64,000 nt of DNA from an uncultured bacterium. Its GTDB lineage: Bacteria; UBP7; UBA6624. Below are positions 50,207 to 59,232 of this stretch, in pieces. Position numbers and translations under genes: made by a program. The notes beneath the pieces were generated by a model. That model ran no database searches. It saw nothing but the letters and a program-made list of their open reading frames with translations, and was not told where the DNA came from. Location of the stretch: contig CAXGSM010000004.1 of the NCBI GenBank assembly GCA_964012435.1, positions 10,711 through 74,710 of the forward strand, written 5' to 3'. How positions within the stretch are numbered: position 1 is the first letter of the stretch; each line of letters opens with the position of its first letter.

Positions 50207-50916
50207 AAAACTTTCTTGCAGATTGGCTAACATTTACTTTTATCATTGCTGTTGTTTGGTTTGCAGGCAGGGGTTCAGGTTACATCAAAACTGAAAAAAC
50301 ATTTGAGCAAAAAGTCAGGATTGCAGCTATGGCTGACATAGAACCAGAACAGATAGAGCTTTTGAGAATTGAGGGTATGTTTCACGAACCACCTAGGCTA
50401 GAGAGTTTTGAATTAAAAGCACCTAATGCAAATTTAGGGAGAATAAAAATAAGAAATTTACATATCAATATAAAAAAAATGACCTTTGAAGAAGATGTGT
50501 TGGGAATTAATAACTATTCATTAAGTCAACTAGTACCCAAAGAGGCAAAGGCGGGAAAGATCAGTTTTGATTTGCTGTGGTCTGACCTGGAAACAAGCAT
50601 ATCTAAAATCATCAAAGACGCAGTACCAAAAGTTTTCTTTGATAGAGAGGTAAGCCTTGAAAATATATCAGGACAATTACAGCTTGTAATTGGTAGTGCT
50701 GATGATATAGAGATGATACCCGCTGAGCTAATTATAGAAAAAGAAGGATTCATAAGGTTTAAAGTTTATCCAAATGGATGGCTTTTAAATGAGCTGCCAG
50801 AATCATTTAGGGATCAGGTTTTAGCTGAAATGCCAGGACATAAAGGTTTGGGCTGGGAGTGGAGTGAGGAATACCTTGAAGACTCTATTGTTTTTACAGG
50901 CTTGATTTCAAATTGA
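50203..50916 (+). CDS. Hypothetical membrane-anchored protein
   Basis: One N-terminal TM; coupled by ATGA overlap; beta-rich soluble domain. Confidence 0.6.
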   Translation: MKNFLADWLTFTFIIAVVWFAGRGSGYIKTEKTFEQKVRIAAMADIEPEQIELLRIEGMFHEPPRLESFELKAPNANLGRIKIRNLHINIKKMTFEEDVLGINNYSLSQLVPKEAKAGKISFDLLWSDLETSISKIIKDAVPKVFFDREVSLENISGQLQLVIGSADDIEMIPAELIIEKEGFIRFKVYPNGWLLNELPESFRDQVLAEMPGHKGLGWEWSEEYLEDSIVFTGLISN

Positions 50917-50933
50917 GCTCTTTTGTCAGATAG

Positions 50934-51398
50934 ATGGATATAAAAGATTATGGAAAATGCCCTAGTCAAAAAGAGATGGATGCTTATATTGGTTATTTTG
51001 AATCCAATTTAGATTCATGGAAAAGAAAGAAGATAATTACCGAAGATGTTGATTATGTTTTAAATTTTTCATCAAGAATTTTTAGAACATTGGCAAACGA
51101 GAGAGCCTTGACTCTTTCCTCTCATCAAAAAATTATAGAATCAAGTTTAGCGTACTTCTGCTGGCCAAATGATCTTATTTTGGACACATTAGGTCCAATT
51201 GGTTTTACAGATGATACATTTCTTCTTTGTTTTGTTTTCCTAAGCGCCTTTAGAGCTTCGGCAAAAGCATCAAGCGGCTTTAATCTTATTTTTGACAAAT
51301 GTAATTTGATTATCGATAACTCAAAGTCTTACCTGGGGAGCGGGATAAAAAAACAGCTTGAAGCTTATGTTCAGCAATCTCTTGATGAACAGGAATAG
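50934..51398 (+). CDS. YkvA/DUF1232 domain protein
   Basis: LAYFCWPNDLILDTLGPIGFTDD matches the Y...P.DLIPD....G..DD pattern. Confidence 0.75.
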   Translation: MDIKDYGKCPSQKEMDAYIGYFESNLDSWKRKKIITEDVDYVLNFSSRIFRTLANERALTLSSHQKIIESSLAYFCWPNDLILDTLGPIGFTDDTFLLCFVFLSAFRASAKASSGFNLIFDKCNLIIDNSKSYLGSGIKKQLEAYVQQSLDEQE

Positions 51399-51411
51399 AA
51401 TAGTAGCACTA

Positions 51412-51852
51412 ATGTCAGAAACACATAAAAGAATCGAGGAAGCCTTTAAATCTTCAAGGTTGAAGAAAGATCATTTTTCAATTCAAACTTTCAATATGCT
51501 TAGGGCACAGATAAAAAATGCACGAATTGAAAAAATGGCTGATTTAACTGAAGAGGATGTGTTAAAGGTTGTGAAGAAAGAGTGTAAGCAACTCAACGAG
51601 TCAATGGAAGCATTTAAGCTTAGCGGATCAGAAGAAGGCTATCAGGAATCCTCAAGGAGATATAAGCTTATTGAGCCGTTCCTTCCTGAGGAAGCTTCTG
51701 AGGATGTGATTGTTTCTGCTGTTGACGAAGTGCTTTCTTCGACTCAAGATAAAAGTAATTTTGGCCCAATAATGGGTCAGGTCATGGCTAAGCTCAAAGG
51801 TCAAAATGTAGATGGAAAAAAGGTTCGAGAGATACTTCAAAGGAGAATTTGA
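51412..51852 (+). CDS. GatB/YqeY domain protein
   Basis: LRAQIKNARIE, KKECKQLNES, FLPE, GPIMGQVM...DGKKV; ATG 51412 preferred. Confidence 0.85.
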   Translation: MSETHKRIEEAFKSSRLKKDHFSIQTFNMLRAQIKNARIEKMADLTEEDVLKVVKKECKQLNESMEAFKLSGSEEGYQESSRRYKLIEPFLPEEASEDVIVSAVDEVLSSTQDKSNFGPIMGQVMAKLKGQNVDGKKVREILQRRI

Positions 51853-53324
51853 TGAAAAATTTGTTTTTTATTTTTATTGTTTTTTTTAGCTTTGCTTGTT
51901 CGTCTGAAAAAGAAGCTGTTCCCGGGGAGGGACAAGTGCAAAGCTTCAGTGAGGGAAAAGTTCCACAAGCCAATTTTGAAAATATAACTTATTCAGATGA
52001 AAAAATTGTTTATTTTTCAAGTAATTGGGAAAACAAAAGCGGAAGTGAAGCCTTTAACAGATTGATTAAGCCCTTGATTCAAAAGGATGTTGATATTGTT
52101 CTTGACTTTGTAACTGTTTATGAAAGTGACGAGAGGATCATGGAAGCATCAATGTGTTTGGATTCTGTCGAAAAGCAAAATGAATATAGGTCCAATGCCC
52201 TTGCTTCATATGATGCTTGGAGCTCTCTTGAAGGAGATGTGATAAGCCTTGAATCTCTTTTGGGCTTGGCTACAGAAGGCGATAGGTCTTCTTTGGCAGC
52301 ATGTCTTGAGAGTGGCATCAATGCCAATGATGCAAAATTAGAAAGAGAAATGGTTGTTAATGGCATTGTTAAAGGGGGTGACCTTGAGATACCTACCTCA
52401 CATGGTTTAATCAGAACCAGAATGCTGCCATTCTTGATGGTTGGGCCTTATATGTTAGGTTCAAACATCGACACTGCACAGGTTTTAGAGCTTCTTGATA
52501 GCTTTGATAACAGTTCTGAATTCAAAAGATCTAAGATTATTGTTGTTGAGGGTGATTGTGATGGCTGTAGAGTTCAAAATTTTGTAAACAAAATAGCCGG
52601 AGCTTTTGGAGTTGAGTATATTGAGTGGAGGGTTTCTGGAGACCCTGTGGGTGACCAGTATCTTGATGCATATGAATCAGATGTTCTTCCATTGATAATG
52701 CTTGAGAATGTAAGCGTTCCAAGGAATGTCGAGGAATTTATTGAAAAACACGGATCTTTCTCGATTCTTTCAGGAACATTATATGAAGGTGTCTATAAGA
52801 TGAAGAATTTAGACAAGATAGAAGGGGGGCATCTTGAGGGCTCTCCCGATGCGCCAACTTTGCATGTGTTTGAAGACTTTGAATGTCCAGGCTGTGCAGC
52901 ATTCAACATTAGGGAGTATCCTGCATTGAAAAAAACCTTTATAGATACAGGTCTCATATCCCATTCTTTCCATCACTATCCATTGCCAATGCATCAAAAT
53001 GCTTATGAGGCAGCAATTGCTTCTGAGTGTGCGTATGAGCAAGGTAAATTTTGGGAGTATAAGGATAAGTTATTTGCGAATCAGAAATCTCTTTCTGGTA
53101 GTGATTTAGTTAGATACGCAACAGAGGTTGGTTTGGATATAGAGAAATTTAGATCTTGCAAGAATGGAACAAAGGCAAAAGATAGGGTCAACAAGGACAA
53201 AGAGATCGGTCAGTCTTTATCTCTTCCAGGCACTCCAGCATTTATTTTTCCTCCCTACAAGCTTGATTCAAGCTCATTGGGCTACTTGCCATTTTTAATT
53301 GATCTTGTCTCGGAAGAAAAATGA
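51852..53324 (+). CDS. Lipoprotein with a C-terminal DsbA/thioredoxin domain
   Basis: Lipobox FSFAC; internal CDGC; GSPDAP..FEDFECPGC, HYPL..H, ECAYEQGKFWEY, cis-Pro GTP. Confidence 0.82.
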   Translation: MKNLFFIFIVFFSFACSSEKEAVPGEGQVQSFSEGKVPQANFENITYSDEKIVYFSSNWENKSGSEAFNRLIKPLIQKDVDIVLDFVTVYESDERIMEASMCLDSVEKQNEYRSNALASYDAWSSLEGDVISLESLLGLATEGDRSSLAACLESGINANDAKLEREMVVNGIVKGGDLEIPTSHGLIRTRMLPFLMVGPYMLGSNIDTAQVLELLDSFDNSSEFKRSKIIVVEGDCDGCRVQNFVNKIAGAFGVEYIEWRVSGDPVGDQYLDAYESDVLPLIMLENVSVPRNVEEFIEKHGSFSILSGTLYEGVYKMKNLDKIEGGHLEGSPDAPTLHVFEDFECPGCAAFNIREYPALKKTFIDTGLISHSFHHYPLPMHQNAYEAAIASECAYEQGKFWEYKDKLFANQKSLSGSDLVRYATEVGLDIEKFRSCKNGTKAKDRVNKDKEIGQSLSLPGTPAFIFPPYKLDSSSLGYLPFLIDLVSEEK

Positions 53325-55225
53325 AAAAAATAATAAATTTATCTCTCTTGTTTGTTCTCGCATTTGCAAAAGGTGACGCAACACTTCCAGAAACTCCATT
53401 TTGGCCCATGGCGATAGGGAATAAATGGATTTATGAGTTTAAAGGGAACCTGACAAGCTCTGTGGTGAATTCGTCATTTGAAATAGAAATTGTTGACAGG
53501 GTTATAAAAGATGGTTATACATATTGGCTCGTTTCAGGATACCCTGGAAAATTAGGCCCCTTCAAGCAAGAAACCTTAAAAGTTAGATACAACTCACAAA
53601 TAAAAGGCTACCTTTACAGAACACCTTCGGGGGACGAGCTTCCGTTCTTGCCTTTTGACCCTGAAGGTGCTAGAACCTACAAGGTTGCTTCAGGAAATGC
53701 TGAAGGTTGGGATTTAGCAAACTCTATGAAGTACCACGTATGCAAAGGTTGTAAAAACATTGGCATTGACGAGTGGATACTTAAAGATGGCTTGGGGGTT
53801 GTAAGTAGGAATTGGTACGAGCCAAATGGCTCTTGGGGAAATTATGTTTTAAGGGAAGCTTTCATTAATGGTGAGCATTTATATCCAGGTTATCAAAAAG
53901 ATGGTTTAAATGTTGAAGTAAGAGCTAATCCTGACAAAACACAGGTTAGATTTGAAATGATAATAAGAAATCTCTCAGAAGAGGTGAAATCTTTAAATTA
54001 CCCTTCAGCTCAAAAGTTTGATTTTGTTGTTTACAACAATGATAAAGATCAGGTTTTGTGGCAATGGTCCTCAGGGCAGTTTTTTTTAGAGTCTTTACAA
54101 ATGGATACAATTCTTCCTGGTGAAGAGGTCAAGATAGAAAGAACTTGGAATTACTACAAGAGGGATTCAGTTTTAGTTGAAGCCGGAACTCTTTTTGTTG
54201 AAGGCGTTTTGCCGATTGTTGATAATGAAATCAGGATAGGGCCTGTTCCCTTTCAAGCTGGCTCTGGGCTTGTTGTTGAGGGTTCCAATGCTATTGCAGA
54301 AGAAATTCTTGATAATCCTGCGTTAGAAATAGTGGTAGATTATTCAAAAAGTCTTTTAGACAACATTAATGCTTCAAGTGGTAGGAATACAAAACATAAA
54401 GTAGTCCTGAACGGTTTGGAGAATTTATTTTTACAAGGAAAGATGGAAGAGGACCTTGTTGCGGTTAGGGTTTTTGGCAGCAACGAAAATTCCGGATGCA
54501 ATCTAACAAGCCTTATTCATCCGTTAGAGCCCTTTAAGCCTTACAAGGCTTTAATAGCCCTGGAGGACATGGTTCCATCTGGAGAGTCATCTTTAACCAG
54601 AGCATTGCAGTCAGCATATCTTGATTTAAAAAATCACCCTGGCCCAAAGTCAATATTTTTAATCACTGATGGAGGAGACTCTTGTGGTGAAAGCCCTTGG
54701 GACATAGCAAGAGCATTGAATAAAAACTCTTCTGATTTTACTTTAGAGGTTTTTGGTTTTAACCTAAGCTCGAAGATGCAGTCTGCTTACAAGAAGCTAA
54801 CAAAAGAAACTGGAGGATCCTTTCACCCCTTTATCACCTTGGTCGAACTAAGCTCTTCGCTGGAGGACCTTTCCAACGTTTACATGAATGGAGGGCAACT
54901 GGAGATCGTTTCAAGCGAGCAGAACAGCGAAGGGTTTGTTGTTGTTGATTCTTATGGATCGATTGTCGCATCTGGCTTTATTGGAAAGCCAGTCAGGCTT
55001 TTAGAGGGGACTTATTCAGTAAGGGTCCTTGGGTCAAAAACTCTTCATGTTCCATCTATAGATATTTCAAAAGGCAGAAGAACAATTCTTTTTCTTGAAG
55101 AAAGGCTTAAGGAGTTGGAGGAGCTTGAAGCTATAGATGTAAAGGTCTCTGAAATGAATAAACAAACAGAAGAAGAGTCTGAGGAGAAAGATTCAGGGAC
55201 TGGCGGAAGAAGAGGCATCAGATAG
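53321..55225 (+). CDS. Exported multidomain protein: BsuPI-like domain plus von Willebrand A domain
   Basis: Signal peptide; LNYPSAQKFDFVV...WQWSSGQFF (BsuPI-like); MIDAS-like VVDYSKS and LITDGGDSCG. Confidence 0.7.
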   Translation: MKKIINLSLLFVLAFAKGDATLPETPFWPMAIGNKWIYEFKGNLTSSVVNSSFEIEIVDRVIKDGYTYWLVSGYPGKLGPFKQETLKVRYNSQIKGYLYRTPSGDELPFLPFDPEGARTYKVASGNAEGWDLANSMKYHVCKGCKNIGIDEWILKDGLGVVSRNWYEPNGSWGNYVLREAFINGEHLYPGYQKDGLNVEVRANPDKTQVRFEMIIRNLSEEVKSLNYPSAQKFDFVVYNNDKDQVLWQWSSGQFFLESLQMDTILPGEEVKIERTWNYYKRDSVLVEAGTLFVEGVLPIVDNEIRIGPVPFQAGSGLVVEGSNAIAEEILDNPALEIVVDYSKSLLDNINASSGRNTKHKVVLNGLENLFLQGKMEEDLVAVRVFGSNENSGCNLTSLIHPLEPFKPYKALIALEDMVPSGESSLTRALQSAYLDLKNHPGPKSIFLITDGGDSCGESPWDIARALNKNSSDFTLEVFGFNLSSKMQSAYKKLTKETGGSFHPFITLVELSSSLEDLSNVYMNGGQLEIVSSEQNSEGFVVVDSYGSIVASGFIGKPVRLLEGTYSVRVLGSKTLHVPSIDISKGRRTILFLEERLKELEELEAIDVKVSEMNKQTEEESEEKDSGTGGRRGIR

Positions 55226-55231
55226 TTTCGA

Positions 55232-55837
55232 ATGTTAGATTTTCTTTGGGAAAATAAAGGTTGTGTTCTTTTTGTAGCATTTATTGTTTTTGCTGTTTTG
55301 TATGTTGTTGGACGTCCAGGTAATTTTCAGAGCTTGATAACAAAATCAAATGATAATCTGGTTGTTACTGAGGTAAATGTCATTGACGTTTTAAGGGTTA
55401 ACCCTCATGATGTTAATGAAACTATAGAGAAAATGGCAAATAAGATTTCAAAAATATCAAAACTTGATACAAAAAAAGCAGAAGATCTAGTTGTCGAAGG
55501 TCCTTTGATCGGTGAGTTTAAAGGTGGTTTGGTTTATGTTGAAGTTACAGGCTCTCAGCTTGATTGGCTTTCTCCTGGAGATAGATTGTTGGTTTTCACC
55601 TGCTCTGTTTATTCTTATCCGGCACAGGCCAGAGATTGTTTTGAAATCCCTGATCAAAAAACACTATATATGGACTATGCACCAAACATAAGAGGCGTAA
55701 TTGACAGTAGGGGAAATTTTAAAGAATTAGATCTATCAGAACTAACAAAAGATTCAAGCTTCAAAGGAATGATTTTAGTTGCAGATGTTTCTTTACGTGA
55801 GGCAGGATTCTTGGATCCTGATTTTGAGAAAAAATGA
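55232..55837 (+). CDS. Hypothetical membrane-anchored protein
   Basis: One N-terminal TM; ATGA overlap with the next gene. Confidence 0.6.
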   Translation: MLDFLWENKGCVLFVAFIVFAVLYVVGRPGNFQSLITKSNDNLVVTEVNVIDVLRVNPHDVNETIEKMANKISKISKLDTKKAEDLVVEGPLIGEFKGGLVYVEVTGSQLDWLSPGDRLLVFTCSVYSYPAQARDCFEIPDQKTLYMDYAPNIRGVIDSRGNFKELDLSELTKDSSFKGMILVADVSLREAGFLDPDFEKK

Positions 55838-56991
55838 ATTTTGGTAAAAAGATAATTGATAAATGGCATATTGACCCAGATGTTGCATTCTTGAATCACG
55901 GCTCTTACGGAGCTTGTCCTATCCCTGTGCTGCAAAAACAAAATGAAATAAGAGAAAGAATGGAAATGCAGCCATGTGAGTTTTTAGGAAGAGATGTTTG
56001 GGAAGGCCTGATTGAAGAATCTCTTGAAAAAGCTGGTTCTTTTGTTTCTGCACATGGCAAGGATATGGCTTTTGTTGATAACGCAACAACAGGTGCAAAT
56101 TCTGTTTTGAGATCTCTTGACTTTAATCCTGGAGATGAGCTTGTTACTACAAGTCATGTGTATGGTGCAGTTAGGGCAACCATGGATTTTGTGGCTTTGA
56201 AATCAGGAGCGATTGTAAAAGAGGCGCAGGTGCCTTTTCCAGCCAAAAGTGAAGATGAAATTATTACTTCAATTGAATCCGCATTAACAAGCAAGACGAA
56301 GTTTTTACTAATTGACCATATTGCATCTGCGTCTGCAACAATTTTTCCAGTGAAGAAAATTGTTGATATGGCTCATGATAAAAACATAAGAGTCTTTGTG
56401 GATGGAGCTCATGCGATTGGCCAGATTGAACTTGACATTCCAAGCCTTGGTGCTGACTGGTATGTAACAAATGCACATAAGTGGCTTTATGCCCCGAAAG
56501 GCTGCGCTCTTTTATGGACATCGCCTGAAATGCAGGATGAAACACATCCAACTGTTATTTCTTGGGGTTATCACGGAAAAGAAGGCTACAGTACCGAGTT
56601 TCTTTGGCAGGGTACAAGAGATTTTTCACCATGGCTTTGTGTGGATTCCGCAATTGATTTTTATGAATCTTTTGGTAGCAGTGATGTTAAAAAATACATG
56701 CATAATCTTGCATGGAAATCAGCTGAAATGTTGGCAGAAGAGTGGGGTGTTGACTTGAACCTTGAAAAGAGAATGTTTGCAAGCATGGTTCCAATCCCCA
56801 TACCCGGAAACATTTACGGTGGAGATGATGAGAGGATATCTATTGTTAAGCGTTTGTGGGAAAAGCATAAAGTTGAAGTTGCTGTTACAGACCCAAACGA
56901 TCAGCTGTGGATCAGGATATCAGCTCAAATCTACAATGAGGAATCTGATTATCGCAAGTTATCCATTGCAGTTAAGAATGAATTTCTTTAA
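55834..56991 (+). CDS. PLP-dependent class V aminotransferase-fold enzyme (isopenicillin N epimerase / cysteine-type C-S lyase-like)
   Basis: FLNHGSYGACP, VDNATTG, VDGAHAIG, PLP-Lys in NAHKWLYAPKG, WQGTRD. Confidence 0.87.
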   Translation: MNFGKKIIDKWHIDPDVAFLNHGSYGACPIPVLQKQNEIRERMEMQPCEFLGRDVWEGLIEESLEKAGSFVSAHGKDMAFVDNATTGANSVLRSLDFNPGDELVTTSHVYGAVRATMDFVALKSGAIVKEAQVPFPAKSEDEIITSIESALTSKTKFLLIDHIASASATIFPVKKIVDMAHDKNIRVFVDGAHAIGQIELDIPSLGADWYVTNAHKWLYAPKGCALLWTSPEMQDETHPTVISWGYHGKEGYSTEFLWQGTRDFSPWLCVDSAIDFYESFGSSDVKKYMHNLAWKSAEMLAEEWGVDLNLEKRMFASMVPIPIPGNIYGGDDERISIVKRLWEKHKVEVAVTDPNDQLWIRISAQIYNEESDYRKLSIAVKNEFL

Positions 56992-57024
56992 TCTTCGATA
57001 GAATATCCCTTTTTGGAGGGTGGA

Positions 57025-57693
57025 ATGAAAAAGAAATTTGACTCAAAAGGCTTGTTTGAAATGATTCTATTGGTTGTTTTTTTATTCTTTGTTTCGCTTG
57101 AGTTAAATGATTTAAACAATATCCAGGATCCAGAAATAAAAATATCAGATCTGCCGATTGCCTCTGAAGTTGTTAGCGATGATGTAACAGATTTGGAAGA
57201 GGTCAAGGAATCTAAAACTATTGCTGACTTCAAAACAGAAGAAACGTCTCTTTTGTGGAATATCGTGAATGATGGTGTAATGGGTGGCATATCACGTGGA
57301 GAGGCTTATGTAACCAATGAGTCTTGTTTGTTTTTCACTGGTTCAATCTCCCTTGAGAACAATGGTGGCTTCTCTTCAATAAGAAGCTTTGGACAAGGTT
57401 TCGACCTTTCAGATTGGAGCGGAATAGAGTTAAGGGTTAAAGGAGATGGAAGAAAGTATTATTTCACTTCAAGATCAGGTAGGTTCGATTTTTGGCACCC
57501 AATGGAAACCAAGAAAGATGAATGGATTACAGTAAGAATACCCTTTAGGAGTTTTTATGCAACTACATTTGGACGCAGGATACCAGGAATAAGGCTAAAT
57601 TCAAAAAGTATATCAAGTTTTGGAATTATGCTTTTTGATAAGAAAGATGGCCCTTTTACGATTGAGCTTGATTACATAAAAGCATACAACTAA
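57025..57693 (+). CDS. CIA30/NDUFAF1 family protein with N-terminal anchor
   Basis: WNIVNDGVMGGIS, SLENNGGFSSIR, KGDGRKY; GGAGG SD before ATG 57025. Confidence 0.9.
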   Translation: MKKKFDSKGLFEMILLVVFLFFVSLELNDLNNIQDPEIKISDLPIASEVVSDDVTDLEEVKESKTIADFKTEETSLLWNIVNDGVMGGISRGEAYVTNESCLFFTGSISLENNGGFSSIRSFGQGFDLSDWSGIELRVKGDGRKYYFTSRSGRFDFWHPMETKKDEWITVRIPFRSFYATTFGRRIPGIRLNSKSISSFGIMLFDKKDGPFTIELDYIKAYN

Positions 57694-57715
57694 ATAAAGA
57701 ATCTTTTTCTAGGGT

Positions 57716-57731
57716 TATAATTTTTTGGAGG
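57716..57731 (+). promoter_or_regulatory. Consensus -10 (TATAAT) and GGAGG Shine-Dalgarno upstream of the pilin gene
   Basis: TATAAT-ttttt-GGAGG-atacgtt-ATG. Confidence 0.6.
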
Positions 57732-57738
57732 ATACGTT

Positions 57739-58758
57739 ATGAAAAGAGGATTTACTCTCATTGAGCTTTTGGTTGTAATAACCATATTAGGAATACTTGT
57801 CTCACTTGCTTTGCCTAATTTTGTCAAGGCTAAGGATAAGGCAAAAGAGACTGAGGTCAAAAACAATCTTAGGATTATCCAGTCTGCCCTTCATAGGTTT
57901 GCTGCAGACTATGATGGATATTATCCGGGATACATATGGGGTGGAACCCCTATGGCTTGGGGTTACAGTGGAACCAGTGCTGCACATCCGGATATTGCTG
58001 GACATGAGCATGGAAGCTGGTCAGCATTAGACCCATTGGTGAGATTCGGATATCTTGACCAATATCCGAAAAACCCTTTCGTGAAAGATGGAAGAGGTAT
58101 GTGCACAATGGCTGCTGAAGATCCCAGGTTTGGATGCTTGGATGATCATCTTTTGGATGATTTAGGCATTTCCGAACCGCCATTGCAGTCTGGAACGTAT
58201 ATGGGTAATGTGTTGCATGATCCAAATTTTCCATCTTCATGCTGGTCTGCATTGGACCACACCACAAATGATTGCCAATCTCCAGGAACCTATTTTGTAG
58301 GTGATGGTGATCCGAAAAGTATTGATTTCATTCCAGGCCTTTTCATTTACAGGTCATTGGTTTCAGGCAGGTTTGCACCTTACATAGAGCAGGGTGAAGC
58401 CAATCCATCAAGTGAGACAAGAGCTGTTTCCCAAGGTTGGGTTTTAGCTGCATTCGGTTCAACAAGGTCAACAGGCAAGGATTATCTTTGCTCTCCTGGA
58501 TATCAGCTTAATGGCTCTATCGAATCAAGAGGTGATCGAGCATGTATGCCTGGCATAGGCGCTAATGGCGAACAAGCATACAGCGGTGACAGCATTTATG
58601 GTGATGGGGTTCCCAATGTCCTCATGAGTGATGCTTGGGATCCAGACAATGACGGAGTCATCAGTGACTCAAGCGGATTCAGGGGCGTTCCCGGAAATCC
58701 TGATTCATTGCTAGATGGAATCATTATGGTTGTTGACACTGACGGCAACGTCAGGTAA
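57739..58758 (+). CDS. Type IV pilin / type II secretion pseudopilin-like protein
   Basis: Prepilin motif MKRG|FTLIELLVVITILGIL with E+5; amphipathic helix KAKETEVKNNL; Y...YPKNPF; Cys-rich globular part. Confidence 0.9.
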   Translation: MKRGFTLIELLVVITILGILVSLALPNFVKAKDKAKETEVKNNLRIIQSALHRFAADYDGYYPGYIWGGTPMAWGYSGTSAAHPDIAGHEHGSWSALDPLVRFGYLDQYPKNPFVKDGRGMCTMAAEDPRFGCLDDHLLDDLGISEPPLQSGTYMGNVLHDPNFPSSCWSALDHTTNDCQSPGTYFVGDGDPKSIDFIPGLFIYRSLVSGRFAPYIEQGEANPSSETRAVSQGWVLAAFGSTRSTGKDYLCSPGYQLNGSIESRGDRACMPGIGANGEQAYSGDSIYGDGVPNVLMSDAWDPDNDGVISDSSGFRGVPGNPDSLLDGIIMVVDTDGNVR

Positions 58759-58759
58759 C

Positions 58760-59107
58760 ATGGCTTTAAACAAGGTATTTCTTCTTCTCCCCTTTTTCCT
58801 TTTTTATGGATGCGGAGGAGGAAATGATGATCCTCTTTGCTGTTCCGGTCCTGAAGTATTGGTGACAAGCGGTCCAGAAAGCACCACAACTTCCACAGAT
58901 GCAACCTTTGAATTCACATCAAACATTACGGATGCCACATACACCTGCTGGCTTGTAAACGGTGCTGATCCGGCAGAAAGCTGCACCTCTCCACATTCCT
59001 ATACAGGTCTTGAAGTTGGCTCCCATGCTTTTGTGGTTATTGCACAGGATGGGGCTGGCAACACATACCAAAGCGAAAACTGGGTTTGGGAAATACTGCA
59101 AGACTAG
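58760..59107 (+). CDS. Small lipoprotein with one bacterial Ig-like domain
   Basis: Lipobox FYGC; TSGP..T.ST.ATFEF...C......CTSP.SYTGL..GSH.F.V.A.D.AGN pattern typical of Ig-like repeats; ATG 58760 just after the pilin stop. Confidence 0.75.
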   Translation: MALNKVFLLLPFFLFYGCGGGNDDPLCCSGPEVLVTSGPESTTTSTDATFEFTSNITDATYTCWLVNGADPAESCTSPHSYTGLEVGSHAFVVIAQDGAGNTYQSENWVWEILQD

Positions 59108-59109
59108 CT

Positions 59110-59180
59110 CTCGCGCCTGCGTGTGTATGGGGGCCATGCACGTGTGCATAAGGCGCGAGGATTTCAATTTTTATTTTGTT
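59110..59180 (+). terminator. GC-rich long hairpin followed by a T-rich tract (terminator-like or REP-like element)
   Basis: CTCGCGCCT (59110-59118) pairs with AGGCGCGAG (59151-59159); inner GTGTATGG/CCATGCAC pairing; T-rich run follows. Confidence 0.5.
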
Positions 59181-59232
59181 TGGATGGAGTCGATTCCAAA
59201 CGGCGGAGGATCAACAATAAAGCTAGCTTACA

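Noticed and set aside
59178..59201. GGAGTCGATTCC resembles a tRNA T-arm
   Set aside because: Lacks GTTC and no cloverleaf can be built around it
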